Both the position numbers and the translations under genes were made by a program. From an uncultured Bacteroidales bacterium (GTDB taxonomy: Bacteria; Bacteroidota; Bacteroidia; Bacteroidales; UBA932), in contig CALVAE010000017.1 in assembly GCA_944325465.1 (NCBI GenBank), positions 541 through 64,540 on the forward strand: a stretch of DNA of 64,000 nucleotides, written 5' to 3'. Below, in pieces: positions 37,608 to 46,204 of this stretch (position 1 is its first letter; each line of letters opens with the position of its first letter). Under the pieces are notes generated by a model. That model did not search any database. It was not told the origin of the DNA and saw only the letters and a list, made by a program, of their open reading frames with translations.

Positions 37608-38990
37608 ATGAAAAGTTTTTTGGGGACAGCCGCTGTCGCAGTGCTGTCATTGTCACTGGGATGTTATATGGACGCCCGTACTCCGGATGCATATACCGGG
37701 GCGACATCGGTGAGTGAATCTGCGGAGGAAGCCGTCGGATCGGACGGTATTTCAGAAAAACAGGACAGTACAGGGAAGAAACGGGGATTCATCAACCGTC
37801 TGACAGTAGGAGGCTACGGCGAGGCGGTGGCATCGTATAACATGTACAGCGACAATGTCCACCGTTATCTCAATCCTTCCCAATATGCCGATGCTCCGGG
37901 GCATGGCCGGTTTGACCTGCCGCATGTAGTGGTAATGCTGGGATATGATTTCGGTAAAGGCTGGAATCTCGGTATGGAGATAGAGTTCGAGCACGGCGGT
38001 ACTGAATCCGCGGTCGAAAAGGAGGCGGAGGAAGCCGGGGAGTTCGAGAAGGAGATTGAAAGGGGAGGCGAGGTCGCCCTCGAGCAGTTCTGGATACAGA
38101 AGACCTTCTTCCCCCAACTCAACATAAGGGCCGGTCATATCATAGTGCCCGTGGGACTTACGAATACCCATCATTTCCCTACTGAATTCTTCACTGTCTA
38201 CAGGCCGGAAGGGGAAAATACGATTATCCCGTGTACATGGCATCAGACAGGTCTTAGTGTCTGGGGGACTGCGGGGAAATGGCGGTATGAAGCGATGATC
38301 CTGCCGGGGCTCAATTCCTCGTTCTTTACGAATGACGGCTGGATACACGACGGTGCGGCGTCTCCATATGAATTCACGCCCGGAAATCGTCTTGCAGGAG
38401 CATTCAGGGTTGACAACTATTCGGTGAAAGGGCTGCGGCTCGGTCTGAGCGGATATGCGGGGAACAGTTTCAATAACGATATCGAGACCAACAGGTCGCA
38501 GAAATATGCCGGAGTGAAGGGAACCGTCCTGCTTGGTGCGTTTGATTTCACCTATGATGACCACAATTTTGTGGCAAGGGGGAATTTCGACTATGGCTAT
38601 CTCAGGGATGCCGCCTACATTACCGAGCAGAACAAGAACCAGATGTCCGGTACTTCTTCCCCTTATCCGCATACTCCTGTGGGAAGAGGCGCGGTGGCGG
38701 CAGGTGTTGAAGTCGGATATGATTTCTTCGGGCTTTCCCCGAAACTGAAGGACCAGAAATTCTACGTGTTCGGAAGGTATGAGTATTACAATTCCTATAT
38801 CCCGTACACCGGAGCCACCCAGTATCTGTGGACAGAACGCCAGAGGGTCGCTGTCGGCATCAATTATTTCCCTATCAGCGAGATTGTCATAAAGGCCGAA
38901 TATTCGCACAGGTTTTCCGGGGACAATGTTTTCAATCCGGAACCCTCACTTTCGCTCGGAGTGGCGTTTTCAGGAATTTTCAAACATTAG
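37608..38990 (+). CDS. Outer-membrane beta-barrel/porin-like protein
   Basis: Signal peptide, TVGGYGE, EIEFEHGG, GEVALEQ, alternating beta-strands, C-terminal aromatic residue. Confidence 0.78.
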   Translation: MKSFLGTAAVAVLSLSLGCYMDARTPDAYTGATSVSESAEEAVGSDGISEKQDSTGKKRGFINRLTVGGYGEAVASYNMYSDNVHRYLNPSQYADAPGHGRFDLPHVVVMLGYDFGKGWNLGMEIEFEHGGTESAVEKEAEEAGEFEKEIERGGEVALEQFWIQKTFFPQLNIRAGHIIVPVGLTNTHHFPTEFFTVYRPEGENTIIPCTWHQTGLSVWGTAGKWRYEAMILPGLNSSFFTNDGWIHDGAASPYEFTPGNRLAGAFRVDNYSVKGLRLGLSGYAGNSFNNDIETNRSQKYAGVKGTVLLGAFDFTYDDHNFVARGNFDYGYLRDAAYITEQNKNQMSGTSSPYPHTPVGRGAVAAGVEVGYDFFGLSPKLKDQKFYVFGRYEYYNSYIPYTGATQYLWTERQRVAVGINYFPISEIVIKAEYSHRFSGDNVFNPEPSLSLGVAFSGIFKH

Positions 38991-39016
38991 ATCCAAAGTA
39001 TATAAAACATAACGTG

Positions 39017-40216
39017 ATGAAAAAATTGATTTATCTTTCAGCGGCCGTACTGGCCGTGGCAGGCCTTTCTTCCTGCGAAGAGAGAACACCTGATTTCTCT
39101 GAAGAGAATGACGATGCAAGACTTTCGGCGATTGCCGCGACATTCGTCAACGGAACGGTAATCCCTACCTATCATTATCTGTCCGACTATACGGCTGAAC
39201 TTGCGGACAGGCTTGAGGCTTTCAATGCGCAGAAGAACCAGGCCAATCTGGATGCGGTGTGTGAGTCTTTCCTTAAGGCGAGGGCATACTGGGAGAAGAC
39301 CGAGGCCTTCCTTTTCGGTGCGGCAACGGATTTCGGGATCGACCCTCATATAGATTCCTGGCCTCTGGATGTGACTGGCCTGCAGACCCTGTTCGACAGT
39401 CCTGACATGATAGAACAGCTTGAAGGGGAAGGCGGAGATGCCTACGCCGGTTCGCAACTCGGCAACGGGCTTCTCGGTTTCCACGGTATCGAATATATAA
39501 TCTTCGAGAACGGTGAGCCGAAGGATTATACGAAAATCTCCGACCTTGACATGATATACTGCATAGCGGTTGCAGGAGACCTGCGCAACAAATGCTGGCA
39601 GATGGAAATCGCATGGAGAGGGGATGACGGAGAAGACGGTTCCCGTTACGAGTACGTTGCAGGTACACTGGAGGCCAACGTAACCATGACAAACGGGTCA
39701 TCATACGGAGAGAACATGCTCAATTCCGGCAAGCCGGGAAGTACATATGCTACATGGAAACAGGCCATGCAGGCCATTCTGGACGGCAGCGTGACAATTG
39801 CTGATGAAGTAGCCAACCAGAAGATAGGCCGTCCTTATCTCGGCTCTTCGGAAGAGGACATCAACTATATCGAGTCTCCGTACAGTTACAAGTCCATCCA
39901 GGATTTCTATGACAATATGGTGAGCATCAGGAATGTCTACTACGGAGGAATGGATGCGGAATCCCTCGGTACGGCATCCGACAGTTATGACAGTGTCAAT
40001 TCCCTTCACGCATATCTTGCAGAGGTCAATCCGGAACTTGATGCCAGGCTTGTGGCCGCCATTGACAAGGCTCTTGCAGAGATAAACGGAGAGGGAACGG
40101 GAATGAAATGGCCTTTTGTCAACAACAGGCAGGACCCTTCCGTAGGCGAGGCCCAGGAGGCTGTGGCAGAACTCAATACTGTCCTTGACGAGGCAAAATC
40201 CTATTTCGCTGAATAA
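39017..40216 (+). CDS. Imelysin-like (peptidase M75) iron-regulated lipoprotein
   Basis: Lipobox LSSC, EAFLFG, IDSWP, GFHGIE (GxHxxE), IADEVANQKIG, IESPYS. Confidence 0.9.
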   Translation: MKKLIYLSAAVLAVAGLSSCEERTPDFSEENDDARLSAIAATFVNGTVIPTYHYLSDYTAELADRLEAFNAQKNQANLDAVCESFLKARAYWEKTEAFLFGAATDFGIDPHIDSWPLDVTGLQTLFDSPDMIEQLEGEGGDAYAGSQLGNGLLGFHGIEYIIFENGEPKDYTKISDLDMIYCIAVAGDLRNKCWQMEIAWRGDDGEDGSRYEYVAGTLEANVTMTNGSSYGENMLNSGKPGSTYATWKQAMQAILDGSVTIADEVANQKIGRPYLGSSEEDINYIESPYSYKSIQDFYDNMVSIRNVYYGGMDAESLGTASDSYDSVNSLHAYLAEVNPELDARLVAAIDKALAEINGEGTGMKWPFVNNRQDPSVGEAQEAVAELNTVLDEAKSYFAE

Positions 40217-40217
40217 T

Positions 40218-41846
40218 ATGAAAAATCTATCAGTAAAAGCACTGCTGCCCATACTGCTTGCTGTGGCGGCTTGTGCGGAGAAGAACGGGACGGAACCCGA
40301 GACACCGGAAGATACCTCCTGGATTGCCGTGGAAACGTACGCCGGAGGAGAACTCGGTACTACCTTCAACCGTTCGGCCTCTGCCTTTGAGGACCCTACA
40401 CCTGCTGTCGAGCAGGCGGGAATGGAATATGATTTCAAGCAGGGAGAATATTTCTTTGAAAGGACCTTTACCCAGAATACCGAGCCGTTCGACGGTCTGG
40501 GCCCTCTGTATCTCAGGGCATCCTGCCTGGACTGCCATCCTGGTTACGGCCACGGCAAGAGGATGGAGCGCTACCGCTGGAATGACTACGGCAACGGTTA
40601 CCTGCTTGTCCTCTACGACCAGACCGACAACAGTTATCTGACCTCCCTTACCGGAATGCCACAGACCCAGGCCGTGGCTCCGTTCAAGGCACCTCTTGAC
40701 GAGACGAAGATCTCCATAGAGTGGAAGGAATATACGGATGAATGGGGGAACGAATTCCCTGACGGGGAAAAGTACAGCCTGATCTATCCGGAAGTGACGA
40801 TTCCGGCTGACGCCTATTATGTCCCTATCCTTTCCAAAAACGGAGAACTGGATGCTTCCGAAGTGGGTATAAGGCTGGAATCGACCATCGGTATCTACGG
40901 CTCCGGCCTGATCGATGCCATTCCTGACGATTCTCTCCTTGTCCAGTATCAGAAGGAGGAGGCGATGGGATTTCCTCTCAATCCGGCAATCTATGCGGGC
41001 GGGCAGTGGCAGAGCCAGTATTCCAACACAAAGCAGGGAGACGGGGAAAAGCATCCCTTCCGTTATACTTATGCCCTGAGCCGTGGTGCAGTGCAGGACG
41101 GACCGGGAGCGAATGCCATCTGGAACATCACCAATGTGACCCGTTCCGACCGCAGGTATCATTATATGACAACGGCGTATGCGACCAAGGCATCGCAGGA
41201 CCCTGAAGTACAGGCGGAGTTCTACAATTATTTCCCTGAATACAGGACGGATGCCGGTGTCGAGAAGGACATATACAATTACCTTATGGGCGAGTATAAG
41301 AACGAATCCGGCAATACTGTGGCTGTAGTGGATGCGGAGATGAACGATGAGGATTATGTCGACTTCATGATATGGCACAGGGGCCTTGCAGTACCGGCCG
41401 CACGTGATCTGGATGATCCGGTTGTCCAGAGGGGCCGCAGACTTTTCCGTGAGATAGGCTGTGCAACCTGTCACAGACCGTCTTGGAAGACAGGCAAGGA
41501 TGAACTCAATGACCCGAACAATTTCTTCAGTCACGGAGATTCCAGGCTTCCTAAATACCCTTATCAGACAATCTGGCCTTATTCCGATTTCGTACAGCAC
41601 CAGTTGAAAATGGTGAATGATATCAGAGGGGGCTGGTGCAGGACGACCCCTCTGTGGGGAAGGGGATTGTCCCAGATCTGTTCGGGACATCAGGACAGGC
41701 TTCATGACTGCCGTGCAAGGAATGTGATAGAGGCTATCATGTGGCACGGTTGCAACGGAAGCGATGCGCGGGAATCCACAGAGGCTTTCCGCCAGCTGAC
41801 CCAGGATGACAGGAATGCGATTGTAGCATTCATCAATGCAATATGA
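40218..41846 (+). CDS. Di-heme oxidoreductase (DUF1111/DHOR) lipoprotein
   Basis: Lipobox VAAC, GLGPLY, two heme motifs CLDCH and CATCH, TTPLWGRG, LHDCRARNVIEAIMWH. Confidence 0.9.
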   Translation: MKNLSVKALLPILLAVAACAEKNGTEPETPEDTSWIAVETYAGGELGTTFNRSASAFEDPTPAVEQAGMEYDFKQGEYFFERTFTQNTEPFDGLGPLYLRASCLDCHPGYGHGKRMERYRWNDYGNGYLLVLYDQTDNSYLTSLTGMPQTQAVAPFKAPLDETKISIEWKEYTDEWGNEFPDGEKYSLIYPEVTIPADAYYVPILSKNGELDASEVGIRLESTIGIYGSGLIDAIPDDSLLVQYQKEEAMGFPLNPAIYAGGQWQSQYSNTKQGDGEKHPFRYTYALSRGAVQDGPGANAIWNITNVTRSDRRYHYMTTAYATKASQDPEVQAEFYNYFPEYRTDAGVEKDIYNYLMGEYKNESGNTVAVVDAEMNDEDYVDFMIWHRGLAVPAARDLDDPVVQRGRRLFREIGCATCHRPSWKTGKDELNDPNNFFSHGDSRLPKYPYQTIWPYSDFVQHQLKMVNDIRGGWCRTTPLWGRGLSQICSGHQDRLHDCRARNVIEAIMWHGCNGSDARESTEAFRQLTQDDRNAIVAFINAI

Positions 41847-44257
41847 TTTTCAGAAACATAGCATTCGGATGCGCCGCCATACTGGTAGTCTTTATGGCGG
41901 TGATATCCGTATTCGGGAAACTGGCAGGCACGGAGGCTGCAATGGAATATGGATACCATTCTCCCGTTTTCATCGCCCTTTGGGCTGCAGTGGCGGTCTC
42001 AGGGGCTATATGGATGTGCCGCTGGTACTCCAGACCGCTCCGTTACGGCCGTTCCATAGGCAAGACTGCCGGGAAACTGCCGTTCGCTACCATATCGATA
42101 CATCTTTCGTTCCTGCTGATCCTTGCGGGTGCAATGGCGACTCATGTCTCCGGGGAACAGGGCACGCTGCATCTGCGAATAGGGGGTGGAAGGACGTCAT
42201 CGTTCGTGGCGGAAGACGGGGTCTCTGACCTCCCGTTCGGAATTGTCCTGGATGATTTCAGGGTGGAATATTATCCCGGGACATCGACTCCTATGGACTA
42301 TGTCAGCCGCATCTCCGTGTATGGAAGGGATATTCAGCCCGGTGAGGATATATCCGCTGATGGTTCAGGTCCGGCAGAGTCCGGAGAGGTGTCGATGAAC
42401 AGGGTATTCAGATACGGGGGATACCGCTTCTATCAGGCTTCCTATGATGATGACGGGCTTGGTTCTACCCTGGCCGTGAGCCATGATCCTTATGGTACCG
42501 GAATCACTTTTGCCGGATATGCCCTTCTCCTGCTTTCGGTCATTCTGTTCTTTTTCCAGAAGGACAGCGGCTTCCGTTCCGCATTGTGGAGACTGTCCGG
42601 AAAGGAATCCTTTTCCGCTCTTGCAGCGTGTGCCGTCATCTTTTTCCTTTCTTCCGCTTTCCCGTCCGAAACTTCCGGTATGGAGCCGGTCTGCGGTGAG
42701 TCATCGGAATCCGTCTCCGGAATCCAGGCAGGAACAGTCCGGGGGAGTCTTGCCGGGGAAGTGGATTCTGCCGGATCTCTCAAAGGGGTGTCGGTCAAGA
42801 CTCCATCCGGAGTTACATTGAAGACGCTGCCGGAAAGTACGGCAGCCTCATTCGGGGATATGTACATCTACTATAACGGCAGGATAGCACCGGTGCAGAC
42901 GCTTGCAATGGATTTTACCATGAAACTCTATGCTTCCAGATCCTATCGCGGACTGAATGCGGAGCAGGTGCTGACAGGCTGGATTTTCTTCCATGATGTG
43001 TGGAGACGCGATTTCGATGCCATGACGGCCGGACAGAAGGACCGGGAAAGCGTCAAGGCGGTCCGAAAGCAGGAAGAAAAGGAAGAGGTCATAATGATGG
43101 TCTGTTCCGGACAACTTATGAAGATTTTCCCGTACAGGTCGGACAGCGGCGATGACGGAGGGATTCCGGTCAGATGGTATTCTTCTTCCGACAATCTCCC
43201 GCTCGGAATGGACGACGACCAGTGGCTGTTTGTGAGGAAGGTCATGAGTCTGGTCGGGGAAAAGGTCACTTTCAAGGACTTTCCGGAAGCGGAAAGGATT
43301 CTTGGCAAAATCAGGGAATACCAGCGTAAAGAGGCCGGCGAGGTACTTCCGTCAGACAGTATTGTCTCGGCAGAGAAGGCATACAACGGCATTGACCGCC
43401 CGAAACCTCTTTTTATGGTCTGTCTGACAGTTGGATTCCTGCTGTTTATCCTTGTCTGTGCCCTTCCTGAAGGCGTATCGTCTATGATTGACGGGAAAAT
43501 CGGGACGGCCGGAGCCGTGTATGTCGGCCGGGCGTACCGCGTTGTGCGGTATGTTGCGGTGGCTGCTGCCGCCGCTGTCTTTGTCTGCCTTACCGCAATT
43601 CTCGGATTGCGCTGGGCCGTGTCCGGGCATATTCCGATGTCGAACGGTTTCGAGACGATGATGACCCTGGCCTGGATCACACTTCTCTTTACCTTTCTTT
43701 CCTGCAGGAGGCTTCCGGTCATGTTGCCGTTCGGCCTTATCCTGTCCGGATTCGCCCTGCTTGTTGCGTCTCTGGGAGAGTCCGATCCCCAGATTTCGCA
43801 TCTGATGCCGGTCCTGTCTTCCCCTTTGCTGTCAATCCATGTGGCAAGCATGATGATTTCATATTCCCTTCTCGGACTGGTGATGCTCAACGGGATCATG
43901 ACTTTGGTCAGGTATGCTGCCCGTCGCCGGCACGGTGACCCGGAAGACAGTATTGCCGGGATGACGGATCTGTCTCTGGTCATTCTGTATCCTGCCGTAT
44001 TCTTCCTTGTGACAGGGACCTTCCTCGGGGCTGTATGGGCGAATATCTCATGGGGACGCTATTGGGCCTGGGATCCTAAGGAAGTATGGGCTCTGATAAC
44101 CCTGCTTGTGTATGCGTTTTCCCTGCACGGCCGTTCTCTCAGGATATTCCGGAATCCGGTATTCTTCCACTGGTATTGCATCCTGGCATTCCTCTGTGTC
44201 CTGATTACCTATTTCGGGGTGAATTTCTTCCTCGGGGGCCTTCACAGTTATGCCTGA
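41843..44257 (+). CDS. ccsBA: Cytochrome c biogenesis system II fusion protein (ResB/CcsB-CcsA)
   Basis: IHLSFLLILAG, SMNRV..YRFYQASYD, WGRYWAWDPKEVW (WWD domain), GLHSYA terminus. Confidence 0.9.
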   Translation: MIFRNIAFGCAAILVVFMAVISVFGKLAGTEAAMEYGYHSPVFIALWAAVAVSGAIWMCRWYSRPLRYGRSIGKTAGKLPFATISIHLSFLLILAGAMATHVSGEQGTLHLRIGGGRTSSFVAEDGVSDLPFGIVLDDFRVEYYPGTSTPMDYVSRISVYGRDIQPGEDISADGSGPAESGEVSMNRVFRYGGYRFYQASYDDDGLGSTLAVSHDPYGTGITFAGYALLLLSVILFFFQKDSGFRSALWRLSGKESFSALAACAVIFFLSSAFPSETSGMEPVCGESSESVSGIQAGTVRGSLAGEVDSAGSLKGVSVKTPSGVTLKTLPESTAASFGDMYIYYNGRIAPVQTLAMDFTMKLYASRSYRGLNAEQVLTGWIFFHDVWRRDFDAMTAGQKDRESVKAVRKQEEKEEVIMMVCSGQLMKIFPYRSDSGDDGGIPVRWYSSSDNLPLGMDDDQWLFVRKVMSLVGEKVTFKDFPEAERILGKIREYQRKEAGEVLPSDSIVSAEKAYNGIDRPKPLFMVCLTVGFLLFILVCALPEGVSSMIDGKIGTAGAVYVGRAYRVVRYVAVAAAAAVFVCLTAILGLRWAVSGHIPMSNGFETMMTLAWITLLFTFLSCRRLPVMLPFGLILSGFALLVASLGESDPQISHLMPVLSSPLLSIHVASMMISYSLLGLVMLNGIMTLVRYAARRRHGDPEDSIAGMTDLSLVILYPAVFFLVTGTFLGAVWANISWGRYWAWDPKEVWALITLLVYAFSLHGRSLRIFRNPVFFHWYCILAFLCVLITYFGVNFFLGGLHSYA

Positions 44258-44264
44258 TGTGTAC

Positions 44265-45383
44265 TTATACTTTAAGGAATATTTTATGCCGGTACAGGAA
44301 ATACAGGAACAGCCAGCATACTGTCATATATCCGACATTGTCCATGACTGCACCCCATCCGGCCGGACATAGGCCGGAGATACCTCCGAAAAAGAAGTCG
44401 CCTATGCCGCCGAAATCCACTATCGCCTGTGCAAGATATATCGTAATTGAATTCATGCCGACGACCTTGAAGAACAGTGTCCAGCCTTTCCATCCCCTCA
44501 CATCGGCCAGATAATAGAAGAGAGCGAACAGTCCGAGGGAATATGCTCCTGCCACGCAGACGAAAGAACTGGACCACAGGCTCTTGTTTATGGGGAAGAC
44601 TGTGCTCCATATCAGGCCTGCTGCAGTCAGGGCTGCGGCAGCGGCTATCATATATACGGTTTTCCGGTTGCCGGATATTCTCTGCTCCGGAAGTCTGATG
44701 AATTCTCCCGTAAACATCCCCAGCATTGCGGTGACTATGGCCGGTACTGTGCTGAGGAATCCTTCAGGATCAAAAGTCCCGTTGTGCAGTCTTCCGGGCA
44801 GAATATGTCTGTCGATATAACCTGCAAGGTTTCCTTCGAAGGAGAACGGCCCGCTCCCGGCCGGTGCATCAGGTGCCGGGACAAGCGACATAAGCAGCCA
44901 GTATCCTATGAGGATGGCAGCGGCTATGACAGCCCGTGTCCTGGTCCTGAAGTTAATGAAGAGCAGGGCGGCGAACATCCAGGCTATACCGATGCGTCCG
45001 AGAACGCTTGCAATTCTCAGGTCCTGGAAATCAAGTCTGAACAGCCCGTTGTACACGATACCGAGAAAGACCAACGCAATAGCCCTTTTGAATATCTTGG
45101 CATATATCTGTTTCCGTGATGCTCCTGAAGATATCTGCTTGGAATAGGAGAACGGGAATGAAATGCCGGCTATGAACAGGAAAAGAGGGAAAATCGTGTC
45201 GTGATGATAGAATCCGTCCCATTTTGCGTGTCCCATATTCAGCGCTATCAGGCTGTCCCCTCCACCGGGAAACAGATTGCATATGGATACGATGAGCGGG
45301 GATAGCCCCATTATGAAAAGCATGTCAAATCCCCTGAGGGCATCCAGGGATGCCAGTCTGCCGGTTTTTCCTGTCTGTTCCAT
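44265..45383 (-). CDS. Heparan-alpha-glucosaminide N-acetyltransferase-like (NagX/DUF5009) membrane protein
   Basis: RLASLDALRGFDM, DTIFPLFLF, VLGRIG, FDPEG, PINKSLWSSSF, GMNSI. Confidence 0.87.
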   Translation of the reverse strand: MEQTGKTGRLASLDALRGFDMLFIMGLSPLIVSICNLFPGGGDSLIALNMGHAKWDGFYHHDTIFPLFLFIAGISFPFSYSKQISSGASRKQIYAKIFKRAIALVFLGIVYNGLFRLDFQDLRIASVLGRIGIAWMFAALLFINFRTRTRAVIAAAILIGYWLLMSLVPAPDAPAGSGPFSFEGNLAGYIDRHILPGRLHNGTFDPEGFLSTVPAIVTAMLGMFTGEFIRLPEQRISGNRKTVYMIAAAAALTAAGLIWSTVFPINKSLWSSSFVCVAGAYSLGLFALFYYLADVRGWKGWTLFFKVVGMNSITIYLAQAIVDFGGIGDFFFGGISGLCPAGWGAVMDNVGYMTVCWLFLYFLYRHKIFLKV

Positions 45384-45415
45384 AAGTATTCCGTATGTAG
45401 GTTCACAGCGTCTGG

Positions 45416-45479
45416 CAAATGTAGTCATTTTAATAAAAAGTCGTATATATCTTTCTGTCAAGAAAACTCTGTATATTTG
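45416..45479. promoter_or_regulatory. Divergent -7 promoter elements for the nagX-like gene and queH
   Basis: TACATTTG (minus, 45416-45423) and TATATTTG (plus, 45472-45479). Confidence 0.55.
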
Positions 45480-45504
45480 CACTCTGGCCAACTCTCACGG
45501 TACT

Positions 45505-46101
45505 ATGGACAAAAAAGATCCGGGACTTCTTGTTGTGACGGCTCCTGAAGGGGAGGCGAAAGTGCTTCTGCATACCTGCTGCGCCCCATGCAGTTCGGCC
45601 ATCATAGAATGTCTGATGCACAGCGGAATCACTCCGACAATCTACTACTGCAATCCCAACATCTATCCGGAGGAGGAATACCTCATCCGCAAGAACGAAT
45701 GTTCCAGATATGCGGAATCACTCGGCCTTGAGATTGTGGATGCTGACTATGACCACAAAAAATGGCTTGAAGCGGTCCGCGGGCTTGAAGGGGAACCGGA
45801 AAGAGGGGGACGTTGTCTGCAGTGTTTCAGATTCAGGCTGGACCAGGCAGCCGGATATGCGGCGGAGCACGGATTCAGGGTCCTGACCACTACTCTTGCA
45901 TCTTCCAGATGGAAGAGTCTGGCACAGATAAATGAAGCCGGATGCTGGGCTGTATCCAGGCATCCGGCTGTACTTTGGTGGGACCGGAACTGGCGCAAGG
46001 ACGGTCTTCAGGAACGCCGCAGCCAGATCATAAAGGAATACGGTTTCTACAACCAGCAGTACTGCGGCTGCGAATTCAGCATCCGTACCCTGTCATTCTG
46101 A
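45505..46101 (+). CDS. queH: Epoxyqueuosine reductase QueH
   Basis: LLHTCCAPCS, NPNIYP, ERGGRCLQCF, YNQQYCGCEFS. Confidence 0.94.
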   Translation: MDKKDPGLLVVTAPEGEAKVLLHTCCAPCSSAIIECLMHSGITPTIYYCNPNIYPEEEYLIRKNECSRYAESLGLEIVDADYDHKKWLEAVRGLEGEPERGGRCLQCFRFRLDQAAGYAAEHGFRVLTTTLASSRWKSLAQINEAGCWAVSRHPAVLWWDRNWRKDGLQERRSQIIKEYGFYNQQYCGCEFSIRTLSF

Positions 46102-46204
46102 GCGCCAGCGAAGAATCTGGTGTATGGAACAGTGCAGTACTTCAGATCCTTCACTCCGCCTGCGGCTCCGTTCAGGATGACAAAGTCGGCTCCGTTCAGA
46201 AGGA
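46091..46204. repeat. Complete REP-like palindromic element plus partial duplicate
   Basis: tgtcattctgagcg..cgaagaatctg pairs with cagatccttca..cgttcaggatgaca; ggctccgttcag is duplicated. Confidence 0.75.

Noticed and set aside
40230-41747. 505-aa antisense ORF, and similar ones at 5905-7284, 37752-38909, 49132-50286, 31951-32880 and 33064-33963
   Set aside because: These are shadow frames of well-supported genes caused by codon bias; they have no motifs
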